Origin: a bacterium
Lineage (GTDB): Bacteria; SAR324; XYD2-FULL-50-16
Direction: 5' to 3'
Assembly: GCA_032250835.1 (NCBI GenBank)
Contig: JAVVEA010000010.1
Coordinates: 59,274 to 123,273 of the forward strand
DNA length: 64,000 nucleotides
In this document: in pieces, positions 9,667-19,247 of the stretch
How positions within the stretch are numbered: the stretch's first letter is position 1
How the letters are laid out: each line of letters begins with the position of its first letter
Notes under the pieces: generated by a model
The model's database searches: none
The model's input: the letters and a program-made list of their open reading frames with translations, nothing else
Told to the model about the DNA's origin: nothing
Position numbers and translations under genes: made by a program

Positions 9667-10167
9667 ATGTATTTTAACTCACCCTTGTTTTGGGTCTTGA
9701 TGGGTTTGGTGGTGGTCGTGATGGCGCTACGCAACCGCTCCAAAGCCCGCCCGGTTGAAAAGCCCGACCCAGGTGTTAGTATGGAAGCGGTCCAGCTTTT
9801 TTCCCCCTTGAATCGGCAAACTCCGCTGGCTTGTTTGATGTCCGATGGCGTGAAATACGGCGTGCTTTTTGAAGAAAAAGAACCGCCGGACTTGCCGCAC
9901 GCCCCTGGCTGCCAATGCATCAGCGTCCCCTTTAAGGCCACTTTAAATGCTCTATACCGGGGCAAGGGCCCGGACGAAACGCCCTCCATCAGCGAGCTAG
10001 GCGAATTGAGCGGTAGCCCAAAACGTTACTACAAATGCCGTCTGATCGCTCGCCACCCAGACGCAAGCCCCGCCCAAAGGGCCGAATATTCGCAACTGGC
10101 CCTAGAAATGCGGGTCGCAGAAGATTTTAGAACCCAAGTGGACCAACTATTCGAAGGAGAGACATGA
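9667..10167 (+). CDS. Membrane-anchored hypothetical protein with a MuF-like Cys/His motif
   Basis: N-terminal TM helix and the motif AC..DG..Y...LPHAPGCQC. ATGA overlap with hldD. Confidence 0.7.
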   Translation: MYFNSPLFWVLMGLVVVVMALRNRSKARPVEKPDPGVSMEAVQLFSPLNRQTPLACLMSDGVKYGVLFEEKEPPDLPHAPGCQCISVPFKATLNALYRGKGPDETPSISELGELSGSPKRYYKCRLIARHPDASPAQRAEYSQLALEMRVAEDFRTQVDQLFEGET

Positions 10168-11123
10168 TTGTTGTTACCGGCGGCGCGGGCTTTATTGGCA
10201 GCCGCATCATCAACGGATTAAACCAGCGGGGCATCACCGATATTTTGGTGGTCGACCATATGGGCACCCAAGACAAATACAAAAACTTGATTGGCCTGCG
10301 CTACGCCGACTATCTGGAAAAAGACCGGTTCTTGGATTTGATTGAATATGAAGAGTTCCACGCCCCCGTCTCGGCCATCATCCACATGGGTGCTTGTTCG
10401 GCGACCACCGAATTAGACGGAAGTTTTCTGATGGAAAACAACCTCCGTTATAGCCAAGTATTGGCGCGTTTCTGCCGGGAACAGGGGGCTAGGTTTATCT
10501 ATGCTTCGAGTGCGGCCACCTATGGCGACGGGGACCAGGGCTACTCGGATCAATCGGACCTGTTGGGCTTTAAGCCTTTAAACCCCTACGGCTTTTCTAA
10601 GTACGCCTTTGACCTCTGGGCAGAGCGCGAAGGCCTGTTGGATCAGATCGTGGGGTTGAAGTTCTTTAATGTCTACGGCCCCAACGAACGCCACAAAGGC
10701 GATATGCGTAGCGTGGTCAGCAAGGCCTTCGACCAGATCCAAGAAACGGGCTTGGTTAAGCTGTTTAAGTCCCACCGCCCGGACTTTGAAGACGGACAAC
10801 AATTACGCGATTTTGTTTACGTCGAAGATGCCGTCAAGATGGTACTCTTCTTTCTGGAACACCCCGCAGTGGGCGGCGTCTTTAACGTCGGCACCGGCGA
10901 GGCCCGCAGCTTTAAGGATCTGGTCAGCGCCACTTTCCGTGCCTTGGGCAAGGAGCCAAACATAGAGTTCATCCCCATGCCCGAGCACTTGCGCGAGCGC
11001 TACCAGTACTACACCCAAGCGGCCATGGACAAAGCGCGGGCCGCTGGCTACCAAGAGCCCATGACCTCCTTGGAAGTTGGGGTGAGCGACTATGTACAAA
11101 ACTACTTGTTGAAAGGCAATTAG
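10164..11123 (+). CDS. hldD: ADP-L-glycero-D-manno-heptose 6-epimerase
   Basis: MIVVTGGAGFIGS, HMGACSATT, YASSAATYG, YGFSK, FFNVYGPNE and RDFVYVED. Confidence 0.95.
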   Translation: MIVVTGGAGFIGSRIINGLNQRGITDILVVDHMGTQDKYKNLIGLRYADYLEKDRFLDLIEYEEFHAPVSAIIHMGACSATTELDGSFLMENNLRYSQVLARFCREQGARFIYASSAATYGDGDQGYSDQSDLLGFKPLNPYGFSKYAFDLWAEREGLLDQIVGLKFFNVYGPNERHKGDMRSVVSKAFDQIQETGLVKLFKSHRPDFEDGQQLRDFVYVEDAVKMVLFFLEHPAVGGVFNVGTGEARSFKDLVSATFRALGKEPNIEFIPMPEHLRERYQYYTQAAMDKARAAGYQEPMTSLEVGVSDYVQNYLLKGN

Positions 11124-11137
11124 CCATAGGAGAGCCT

Positions 11138-11449
11138 ATGTCGGTCTTGATGGAATTTTCTATGACCCCTTTAGATCAAGGGGAAAGCGTCTCCAAATAT
11201 GTGGCCCGCAGCTTAGACATCATCGATGCCTCGGGCCTGCCCTACCGCCTGGGCCCCATGGGCACCACCGTCGAGGGGGAGTGGGATGAGGTGATGGCAC
11301 TGGCCAAGGCTTGTTACCTGCGCATGTCCGCCGATTGCGCGCGCATCACCTGCAGCATCAAGATCGACGCCCGCCAAGGTTCGGGCGGCCGCCTAAACTC
11401 CAAGACCGACAAGCTACAAGCAGTATTGGGAAGGGAATTAAAACAGTAA
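11138..11449 (+). CDS. MTH1187/YqgV thiamine-binding family protein
   Basis: EFSMTPL...SVSKYVA...SGLPYRLGPMGTTVEGEWDEVM. Confidence 0.9.
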   Translation: MSVLMEFSMTPLDQGESVSKYVARSLDIIDASGLPYRLGPMGTTVEGEWDEVMALAKACYLRMSADCARITCSIKIDARQGSGGRLNSKTDKLQAVLGRELKQ

Positions 11450-11474
11450 AACCAGATGCCAAGCGGCGAGCGGC

Positions 11475-12347
11475 CTAAACAGACCGGCGGACCCGCTGGA
11501 TCAGGCCGTTTTTGTTGCCCTTCCAAGAGACCCCTTGATTGCACCAGGAAATCAAGCGGGCGAAGAGGTCGGACTCAAAGCCGCAGAGGTCGGACAGCTC
11601 TTTTAACATGGTCTGTTCGCTGTAGCTGATTGATTCGTCGGCGCTAACGATTTGGATCACGTTGACGAAAATCAAGATCAACAGGTCTCTGGGGAAATCG
11701 GGCGGGGAGCTCAGGGGAGGCGACATCTTATTTTTGACGTAGCCCATCAGCTTCATCTTCAGCGGCTTTTCTTGGACAAAACCCACCGCCATCTTCATAA
11801 ACTGCAACTCCATTTCATCTAGACGCCCATCGAGCATGATGGTGGAAATCAGCAGTTGGGCATACCAGTAGCGCTGCTCTGAGGAAAACTGGTCAATCGG
11901 CACCTGACCGATGGTGAATCCCGACGAAGGGGGTAACAACTCGCTCTGGGCTCGCTTCCAGCGTAGGCCGTCTTCGAGCCAATTCATCAGCATCTTCAAG
12001 TACGCCGGGGTAAAAGACATCACCCCCGCCACTTCCTCTAAAAAAGTGCGCTCTTCGACGGCAAAATCCACGTCGGCGATACAGATTAAGATCAACTCGG
12101 TAAAGATAGCCGCTAAAATTTGGTCGGGGATGGCACTAGGAGGCTCGTGGACTGGTGGGGGCTGCTTGGCTTCGATGTGGGCCAGTAGCGCTTGGCGGGC
12201 AACCGGTTCTTTGACCACGCCGATCACGCCGCGTAAAAATTCCACTTCCGAGGCGTCAATCTCGCCGTCCGCCAAGATGGCGGCAACCACCAATTGGGCA
12301 TACCAGAATCGCTGGTCCGGTTTGAGTAGATTGACAGGAACGGACAT
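11475..12347 (-). CDS. Tandem TerB-like domain protein
   Basis: Two internal repeats, DQRFWYAQLVVAAILADGEIDASEVEFL and EQRYWYAQLLISTIMLDGRLDEMELQFM, each with a second AD..E motif. Confidence 0.8.
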   Translation of the reverse strand: MSVPVNLLKPDQRFWYAQLVVAAILADGEIDASEVEFLRGVIGVVKEPVARQALLAHIEAKQPPPVHEPPSAIPDQILAAIFTELILICIADVDFAVEERTFLEEVAGVMSFTPAYLKMLMNWLEDGLRWKRAQSELLPPSSGFTIGQVPIDQFSSEQRYWYAQLLISTIMLDGRLDEMELQFMKMAVGFVQEKPLKMKLMGYVKNKMSPPLSSPPDFPRDLLILIFVNVIQIVSADESISYSEQTMLKELSDLCGFESDLFARLISWCNQGVSWKGNKNGLIQRVRRSV

Positions 12348-12350
12348 AAG

Positions 12351-13004
12351 TTACGCCAACTTTCTTGCGACCAGCAATCCGTCGCCTAGAGCCAAGAATT
12401 GAGCCCTAAATCCAGGATGTTCCAAAATATTGGCGTTGAAGGCTTTCATCGCCGCCACATTGGCGCTGTATTTTTTGGTGAGCTCTTGCGGAGGCTGGAG
12501 GACCTTGCCGGAATAAAAGACATTATCCACCACCAGCAAACCGTCGATAGCTAGGGCTTTATAGCAGGATGCCAAAAGATTTGCATAGTCCTTTTTAGTG
12601 GAGTCCATGAAGATAAAGTCAAAGCTCTCAGCGATTTGAGCCCCTTGTCGGTCAAAATATTCTTCAATCCATTGTTCGCGCAACTCAACCTGCGCCAAGA
12701 AGCCAGAGCCCGCCAAAAAAGCGCGGCTCAACACCACCCGGTCAGCGTTGCAGTCTAAGGCGACCAAATGGGCGCTCGGTGCTCCTAAGAGCATCCAATG
12801 GGTTGAATAGCTGATCCCGCTGCCTAACTCCAAGATCCGCTTGGGTGTCTTGAGCGAGGTGAGCAATTGCAGGAAGGCACCCACCTCATCACTGACAATA
12901 GGCACCCGCTCACTTAAGCCATACTCTTTGATTTGCATCAAGTAGTCGGGCAGGGCGGGCTCTAGGCTTTCTAGGTAGCGGGTCGATTCGGGATGCAGGC
13001 TCAT
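12351..13004 (-). CDS. SAM-dependent O-methyltransferase (YrrM/TrmR/CCoAOMT-like)
   Basis: VPIVSDEVGAFL, RILELGSGISYS, FDFIFMD, LLVVDNV and GDGLLV. Confidence 0.88.
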   Translation of the reverse strand: MSLHPESTRYLESLEPALPDYLMQIKEYGLSERVPIVSDEVGAFLQLLTSLKTPKRILELGSGISYSTHWMLLGAPSAHLVALDCNADRVVLSRAFLAGSGFLAQVELREQWIEEYFDRQGAQIAESFDFIFMDSTKKDYANLLASCYKALAIDGLLVVDNVFYSGKVLQPPQELTKKYSANVAAMKAFNANILEHPGFRAQFLALGDGLLVARKLA

Positions 13005-13007
13005 GGA

Positions 13008-16000
13008 TCAGGCGGCACCTGAAGTGGCCGAGGATTCAGCCGCAGGGTTCTCTGGGGCCACCTGGCCTAATAGGTTGACCAGCTTACTCGGGAGTGAATA
13101 ATCCTCAAGGTTGCTGTTGATCGGTGCGGCGTACTTGCGCAGCGTGTTTAGGTTTTCGATCAACTCGGGCGTGGTTTCGGCCGGGCTCGGGTAGGGGATG
13201 AAGAAGAGAATGCAAGACTCGGGGCTGAGTCCGCGCAAACGTTTGGCTAGTTCCTTAAAACTAGACAGGTTGGATTTAGTGTCGTCGCCTAAAATCATCA
13301 ATAAATGGGGCCGCTTGCCCTGCTCGGCAATTTCGGCTTCCATGCGGCCCATGCCCAACTCTTCATATTTAACGGTCGTACCGAAGTATGACTTGATGGC
13401 CGGTTCAAAGGCCTTTTGTAGTTCCATGGTGTCCAACATCCCGTCACCACTCACCACAATGTGCTTGATCGCCTTCTTGCCGCCCTTGACCCGAGCCAAC
13501 TTATCCAACTCAGCGATGATCTGGTTTTGGGCGGTGGTGGAGATCACCTCGACGCTGTCTTTAACATTTTTGACGACCATCAATTGCGCAAGTTCCTTGT
13601 TGATTTCGTCCAAGGTGTTTGAAAGCCCCGCAGCCATCTCTTTGGCTTGGGCGGTGATGGTCTCGGTGGTCGATTTACCGGCGCTGATCGCTTCGGTGAT
13701 CGCCGATTTGGCGGATTTAAACTTCCCGTCCACCAAGGCAAACTTCTCGTCTAATGTTTCCTTTTCGGTTTTTAAAAAGGCCAGTTTTTGTTGGTCTTCG
13801 GTGAGCGTCTTTTGGAACTTTTTTCGGTCTGAAACGGTTCGTTGGAGGGCTTCCTTTTTCTTTTTTAAGCTAGTCGCCATCAGCTTAAGCTTGGTCCCTT
13901 CGGTTTCCAAGAAACGCTTCAGCTTTTCTTTATATTCCGTATAGCGGATCAGGTTGGTGCGGATCTTGGCCTTTTGCGACTCATTTTGCAGCAAGGAGTT
14001 GTAAAAATCGTCGTCCGCGAAGGCCACGGTGTACTGGGGCTTGATGACCGTACTGAAGTCATATTCTTCTAGATCATTGCCGATGAAGAGTAGGTCAGGG
14101 TCGTCGGGCAGGTCGTCGAGGTTGGTGATCTGGAACAAAGTGTTGTCCAGTTTATCGATCTGCATGCAGGTGACGATAAAGCGGCGCAGCATGGCGTCTT
14201 CGGTGGCGAAAACGACCTTGCGCTTGGCAATGCGCTTGAGCTCGTCATCGGTGAATTTAAAGATCAGCCGGTGCTTGGGTGCCTGTTCGGCCAAAAAAGT
14301 CTGCTTGACCGTGTCCACCACCCGCGCGAGTGGGGCGGGCAGCGTGTGCAGCTTGCTGAGCATCAAGGGGCGGATGATCTCAAAAAAGCGCTGGCTTAGC
14401 TGTTGCTGGGTCCGGGCAACCTTTAATTTTAGCTGGTTGTAGGTGTTTAATTTGGTTTGGGCATCTTGGAACTTGGCCATGTTCGTTTGCAGGCCCTTGA
14501 GCTTTTCGTTGATCTGGTCGCCGAAGAGCTCTAGGTTGTTGTTGTCTGCTGCAAGCTTGGCTTCCATCTGCGGCAGCTTGGCCTTGAGTTGCTCGACCCG
14601 TTGGTCCAACTCCACCACCCGGTTTTCCACATTTTTCATGACCTCTTCTTTGACCTTGCCCCGCTCGTCGAGTTGCTCAAGCATCTTCGAGTCAAGCTGG
14701 CCCTTGAGTGCCGCCGAAGCCATGTTCATCATGATCATCATGGTTTCGAGCAGGTAACCCCCGACAGGGTCGTCAGCACCCTGCTCGCGCAGCTTTTTCT
14801 TGAGTTCCTCTAGCTTTTTTTCAACCTGCTTGTAATGGGAGGCATAGTCCTTCAGGTTCACCTTGCCCGCAGAAAACATCTCCAAAAGCGAGGTGTCGAC
14901 GATGTCTTCGACAATCGTCAAGGTGGCGTCTTTTAAGGCATCGTTGGCGGTCAGTTGCTCGACAAAGTCTCGGCGGCAAATCAGTGCGTCATAGCCCACA
15001 TTCAGCGCATCAATCTGGGCCGTCAACTTGGCAAAAATCGGCGCTCCGCGCTCCGAAGAAAGCAGCTCGCTGATCCCTTGGACCCGGTGGGCCTTTAATT
15101 TAGGGTTGCCGGTGATTTTTTTAAACAGACCGGTCTTGGACTCGACCTTGTTAAACTGCTTGAGGTGTAAAAAGAGGGTCTGTCCAAAAGCCAAGCCGTC
15201 ACCAGATTTGACGAGCCCTAAGAGGTGGGTTAGGTCCAGCTTGATCATCTGGAACAGTTCGGCCTTGGCTCCTTTAAGGATCGCCCGCTTGTGTTCGGGT
15301 TTGAGCTTCGCGTTGATCTGCGCTTCACCCTTTTTGCCGACCTGATTCCAAATGATCTTGCGGAAGGCGGGGTCCAGCTGATTAAAAAAGCTTTCCGGAA
15401 AAAGCGAGATAAAGGAGGTCAAAACCAGGTCACGCTCTTCATCAGTGAAGACGGTGGCCCATTCGGCGTAAGAGAGCAGCTTGTCTTTGAGCCCTTCAGA
15501 AAAAATCTCCATGCGCAGCTTGATGCCCGCCTCGTCCAACTTCCCAAATTGCTTGGCCGAGTCGTAAGCCGCATCTTGGTTGAAGTTGACGTCCTGGAAC
15601 TTGGCTTTAAAGAGCTTGGTGTTGGTCAGCATGATCGAGGCCATCACCTCAACGCTCTGCGCGTTTAACACCTCTTTTTGACCCTTCGGACCGATCACGC
15701 GCCAAGCCTCCACGGCCATGGTCTTGTCGCGCAAGAACTCAACGATCAATGGTTCACGGATGTCGGGTGGGATGCGGGCCAAAAAGCTGGCTTGGGATTC
15801 GGCGGCAAGTTTGGCGGTGAGGCGCTCTAAGACCTTAGGCTCCATTGATTCGATCAACTCGGTGATCTCTTCGTCTTTAAGGTGCTTGAGGTGTTCGCCA
15901 GAGGCCTTCATCTCGTTTTCGAGATATTCCGGCAGCAACTGCCGCCCAAGGGCCGAGACCAACATCAACTCTCGCTCAGTGGCGTCTAATACCTTGTTGA

Positions 16001-16937
16001 CCGCGTCGTAACCGGCCGTTTCTAGGTAGTCCGCCACGCCGGTGGATTTGGTTTCTTCGATGGCTTTGAGCGCCTGTTCGGGCGTTTCCCATTCAAAGAC
16101 CTGTTCCATCTGGTCGAATTTAAGGCGCTGGTGCACCACCTTGGCCAGGGCTTTTTCCATCACCAAAACCATGCGCTTGGTGCGCACGAAGGCCATCTTT
16201 TCTTCCTTGACCGCCTCTTTGATCAAGTCACCCTTTTCCGAGTCGAGGGCCAACATCTTCTTCACCGAATCGTCAACGGTGAAGTCTTTGATGTAGAAGT
16301 GCCCCGCCTCTTCTTCCATGTTGACCACGCCATCAAAGGTGATGTCGCCGATGGTCAGCTGGCTGATGTTGCTGATGTCGATTTGTCCCTTTTCAGGGAA
16401 GCCACCAATCTTGGGGAGTTGGGCACTGGACTTGATCTGAACTGGCTCAAAGGCGGACTCGCGTTCGGCATCGGCAAAGAGCAGTGCCTGGACCTCAAAG
16501 CCCAGTTTGATGAAATCGCGGATGCGCTGGTTTAAGTCGCCTACAAAGATCATGCGGCGCATCTTAAAGCTGCCGCGGTTGATCATTTTGTTGAGCTCGA
16601 TATAAGCACCTAAGCGCAACGTTGGATCGATCACCAACCCTTTTGAGTTGGTTTCGTCCACCATGGCGTCGTCTTTGGCGCTGTCAAAACCCTCGACTTT
16701 TCGGGTGGCGTTGAAGCCCGTTAAGACGACATCCGCCTTGGGGTTGGCGGTGAGCACTGCGTGCAGGGGCCGGTTGTCTTGGTTGGAGATGAAGACCATC
16801 TCCCGCTCTTTGGAGGGGTCCTCATTGTTCAGCCGCGTGAGCTGGTCGCTGATCTGTTCTTTAAGAACATTCTGGCGCTCCACAGCCAAATCGGCACAGA
16901 CGACCTGGATGCGGATATGTTCTTTCAGTACAGCCAT
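13008..16937 (-). CDS. Large (1309 aa) hypothetical protein with receiver-like domains, helical repeats and coiled coils
   Basis: Long uninterrupted ORF with K/E-rich heptad segments and three beta/alpha segments in a CheY-like pattern. There is a 3-nt gap to the downstream methyltransferase. Confidence 0.85.
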   Translation of the reverse strand: MAVLKEHIRIQVVCADLAVERQNVLKEQISDQLTRLNNEDPSKEREMVFISNQDNRPLHAVLTANPKADVVLTGFNATRKVEGFDSAKDDAMVDETNSKGLVIDPTLRLGAYIELNKMINRGSFKMRRMIFVGDLNQRIRDFIKLGFEVQALLFADAERESAFEPVQIKSSAQLPKIGGFPEKGQIDISNISQLTIGDITFDGVVNMEEEAGHFYIKDFTVDDSVKKMLALDSEKGDLIKEAVKEEKMAFVRTKRMVLVMEKALAKVVHQRLKFDQMEQVFEWETPEQALKAIEETKSTGVADYLETAGYDAVNKVLDATERELMLVSALGRQLLPEYLENEMKASGEHLKHLKDEEITELIESMEPKVLERLTAKLAAESQASFLARIPPDIREPLIVEFLRDKTMAVEAWRVIGPKGQKEVLNAQSVEVMASIMLTNTKLFKAKFQDVNFNQDAAYDSAKQFGKLDEAGIKLRMEIFSEGLKDKLLSYAEWATVFTDEERDLVLTSFISLFPESFFNQLDPAFRKIIWNQVGKKGEAQINAKLKPEHKRAILKGAKAELFQMIKLDLTHLLGLVKSGDGLAFGQTLFLHLKQFNKVESKTGLFKKITGNPKLKAHRVQGISELLSSERGAPIFAKLTAQIDALNVGYDALICRRDFVEQLTANDALKDATLTIVEDIVDTSLLEMFSAGKVNLKDYASHYKQVEKKLEELKKKLREQGADDPVGGYLLETMMIMMNMASAALKGQLDSKMLEQLDERGKVKEEVMKNVENRVVELDQRVEQLKAKLPQMEAKLAADNNNLELFGDQINEKLKGLQTNMAKFQDAQTKLNTYNQLKLKVARTQQQLSQRFFEIIRPLMLSKLHTLPAPLARVVDTVKQTFLAEQAPKHRLIFKFTDDELKRIAKRKVVFATEDAMLRRFIVTCMQIDKLDNTLFQITNLDDLPDDPDLLFIGNDLEEYDFSTVIKPQYTVAFADDDFYNSLLQNESQKAKIRTNLIRYTEYKEKLKRFLETEGTKLKLMATSLKKKKEALQRTVSDRKKFQKTLTEDQQKLAFLKTEKETLDEKFALVDGKFKSAKSAITEAISAGKSTTETITAQAKEMAAGLSNTLDEINKELAQLMVVKNVKDSVEVISTTAQNQIIAELDKLARVKGGKKAIKHIVVSGDGMLDTMELQKAFEPAIKSYFGTTVKYEELGMGRMEAEIAEQGKRPHLLMILGDDTKSNLSSFKELAKRLRGLSPESCILFFIPYPSPAETTPELIENLNTLRKYAAPINSNLEDYSLPSKLVNLLGQVAPENPAAESSATSGAA

Positions 16938-16982
16938 ATAGGGGTATTCCTAGAACGGAACGACTTGAAGTTGGATAAGGGC

Positions 16983-17012
16983 ATTTTGAGCGCCCTGAAG
17001 GCCTTAAGTCAA
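16983..17012 (-). promoter_or_regulatory. Putative sigma70 promoter of the 1309-aa gene operon
   Basis: Minus strand TTGACT-N18-CAAAAT, 45 nt upstream of ATG 16937. Confidence 0.4.
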
Positions 17013-17029
17013 CCGCAAAACTACGCAAG

Positions 17030-17061
17030 AAAAAGCCCCTGGGCCTTTGGGCCGAGGGGCT
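17030..17061 (-). terminator. Rho-independent terminator after motB
   Basis: AGCCCCT...AGGGGCT stem, extended by GGCC/GGCC, followed by TTTT on the minus strand just after the motB stop. Confidence 0.65.
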
Positions 17062-17068
17062 AATGCGG

Positions 17069-17716
17069 TTAATAACCGTCAGGTTTGACTAAGATGTCGA
17101 TGCGCCGGTTCAAACGCCGCAAACTGGCGGTTTCGTTGGCTACCTTGGGGCGGGTGTCGGCGTAACCGGCGACCTCCAACCGGTTCTTTTGTATGCCGAA
17201 CTCCTGTAAGAGCCGGGCCACCGAGCCAGCCCTAGCCGAAGACAGTTCCCAATTGCTCGGGAAGGTTTCGCTTTGGGTGGGGAGGTCGTCTGTGTGTCCT
17301 TCAACCACCATGGCGTTGGGGATGGCGTGCATGATGCGGCTGAATTTTTCGATCACTTCGGCTCCGCCCGGACTGATCTGGGCAGTACCGCGCTCAAAAA
17401 AGACGGCTTCAGAGAAGCTAACGGTGATGCCCCGGTCGTCTACGGTGATGTCGGCCACCTCGGCAATGGGGCTTTTAGACATCGCCGCTTCTAGGCTTTC
17501 CATAAAGGTAGGCATGCCCGCAAATTGGAAGGGCGAACCCGGTGGGCCCCCTTTAAAGCTCGCTGAAATGGCCTTGAAGAGTTCCTCTTCGGATTTTGAC
17601 ATAGCAAAGAGCAGGATGAAAAAACACATCAATAGCGTTACCATGTCGCCGTAGGTGTAAATCCATTCTTCGCGTTCGGCAACGTCAGGACAGGTGCATT
17701 CCTCTTCAACGGCCAT
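17069..17716 (-). CDS. motB: Flagellar stator B subunit (PomB/MotS-like, OmpA-like PG-binding domain)
   Basis: WIYTYGDMVTLLMCFFILLFAMS TM with the conserved Asp, plus VEGHTDD, SNWELSSARA and NRRIDI. Confidence 0.93.
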   Translation of the reverse strand: MAVEEECTCPDVAEREEWIYTYGDMVTLLMCFFILLFAMSKSEEELFKAISASFKGGPPGSPFQFAGMPTFMESLEAAMSKSPIAEVADITVDDRGITVSFSEAVFFERGTAQISPGGAEVIEKFSRIMHAIPNAMVVEGHTDDLPTQSETFPSNWELSSARAGSVARLLQEFGIQKNRLEVAGYADTRPKVANETASLRRLNRRIDILVKPDGY

Positions 17717-18525
17717 TAGCTGCCTCCTTTGTCGGCGCTGAATTTCAGCTCTTCATATTTGGCTTTTAGGCTGGGCGTGAGGTAGTTCATTAAGTCTTGC
17801 TCAATGAACTCGGCCCGTTCGTTCTTCTCGATAAAGAGTACGCCATCGCGGATCATCTCGTACAGAACCGTCTCGGAACCAATGGCGTTTTTTAAGGTAG
17901 TGGCCCAAGGCATAAAGAAGCCGTTGGAGAACAACGCGCCGTAAAGCGTGGTGATCAACGCCACGGACATCTTCGGGCCGATGGTGCTGATGTCGTCCAG
18001 GGACTGGAGCATCAATACCAGACCAATCAAGGTCCCGATCATCCCAAAGGCCGGGGCGTAGGTCGCCATGATCTTGACCATCTCCGCGTCGTTTTCTTTT
18101 TTCTTGATGGCATATTTCATCTCGCTGACCATGATCTCAGTGATCAACTCCCGGTCAACCCGGTCCACGACCAACCGCAACCCGTTGCGCAAGTATTCGT
18201 TTTCGATCGAAGGCAGGCTGTCTTCGATGGCCAATACGTTTTTGCGAGCCACCTTGGCTACGTCCACAATGATCACCAGCGTCTCGATCAAGGGTACGTT
18301 TTTGCCTTTGAAGACCGCACCGATCACCCGACCCAGGGACGCAATCATTTCCATCGGGAAGGAGCCGACGGTAGCAACGATGGTACCGAAGAATACGATG
18401 ATCAAGCTCGGGGCGTTCCACATGAACATGAGGTATTCCGGGTGGATTCCTCCGTTCTCGTAACTGGAACCAAAAACAAAGACTACCAAGACGCCGATGG
18501 CCCCTAGGGTTGCTGCTAAATCCAT
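17716..18525 (-). CDS. motA: Flagellar stator A subunit (PomA/MotP-like)
   Basis: PSLIIVFFGT, YLRNGLRLVVD, APAFGMIGTLIGLVLML and IGPKMSVALITTLYG. Confidence 0.93.
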   Translation of the reverse strand: MDLAATLGAIGVLVVFVFGSSYENGGIHPEYLMFMWNAPSLIIVFFGTIVATVGSFPMEMIASLGRVIGAVFKGKNVPLIETLVIIVDVAKVARKNVLAIEDSLPSIENEYLRNGLRLVVDRVDRELITEIMVSEMKYAIKKKENDAEMVKIMATYAPAFGMIGTLIGLVLMLQSLDDISTIGPKMSVALITTLYGALFSNGFFMPWATTLKNAIGSETVLYEMIRDGVLFIEKNERAEFIEQDLMNYLTPSLKAKYEELKFSADKGGS

Positions 18526-18615
18526 ACTTTAACCCTTCTGGTTGGGTTGAAATCCGTTACAAAGGTTGCTGTATCAGCCTCTAAAGGTGATGAAAGCCAT
18601 TGCGGGCAATGTAAA

Positions 18616-18631
18616 TGCAAAAGCCAAGCCT
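18616..18631 (-). promoter_or_regulatory. Possible sigma54 promoter for motAB
   Basis: Minus strand AGGCTTGGCTTTTGCA gives GG-N10-GC with TTGCA at -12, about 90 nt upstream of motA. Confidence 0.4.
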
Positions 18632-18823
18632 AAGCAAAAAAAAAGTTTTGGGGCCAAAGGTTCAGTCTTTGCTTAGATCTTTTTAAAAGTCCAAAAACGT
18701 TTTTTAATGGTTTGCTAGGTTAGATATTCGGGGCAGCTGCGCCGGAGGTTCGGTTGTTGCATTTACAGGTAAAGGAACCGGGCATAAGCCCCCCAAGTCC
18801 CAACCCTATTGACTTGATCGGTT

Positions 18824-19240
18824 ATGAAGAAGCTTTTGATCTTATTGCTCTTTGCCATGGCTATGGGCGCTTGCAGTATGGGCGGTGATGATATGCCCCG
18901 CCAACAGGTCCGCCAAGCCTGCGCCGAGCCACGTCTAGCCTCAAGCTTCAAATTCCATGACCGCGCCCTGGACTACCTTCGCACTTACTTTAAAACCCGC
19001 AAAGAAACAGACCTCTTCTTTGCTTGGTACGCTTCGGAAGACTCTTTGTATATGGCCCGCACCATCAACCGCTGCTATGACAAGCGCAACAAACACTTCC
19101 ATGCGGTACGTAACGTGATCCAGAAAAATGAGGTGTTGCGCAAGCTGATCGTGCAAAACATGCGCACCGATTCGCAAGCCGAAGTCTCCGAATTATTCCT
19201 GGACGAATACCGTAAAATATTTGTCCGCGACATCCAATAG
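18824..19240 (+). CDS. Hypothetical lipoprotein
   Basis: MKKLLILLLFAMAMGAC signal peptide with a lipobox Cys. Confidence 0.75.
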   Translation: MKKLLILLLFAMAMGACSMGGDDMPRQQVRQACAEPRLASSFKFHDRALDYLRTYFKTRKETDLFFAWYASEDSLYMARTINRCYDKRNKHFHAVRNVIQKNEVLRKLIVQNMRTDSQAEVSELFLDEYRKIFVRDIQ

Positions 19241-19247
19241 ATTCCCC

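Noticed and set aside
13008..16937. SMC/Rad50 ATPase
   Set aside because: The coiled-coil layout is suggestive, but I see no Walker A/B or signature motif.
13008..18525. Zorya-like defence system (MotAB-like pair + large protein)
   Set aside because: The A subunit is a standard-length PomA/MotA with no ZorA tail, no helicase or nuclease motifs are visible in the large protein, and a terminator separates them.
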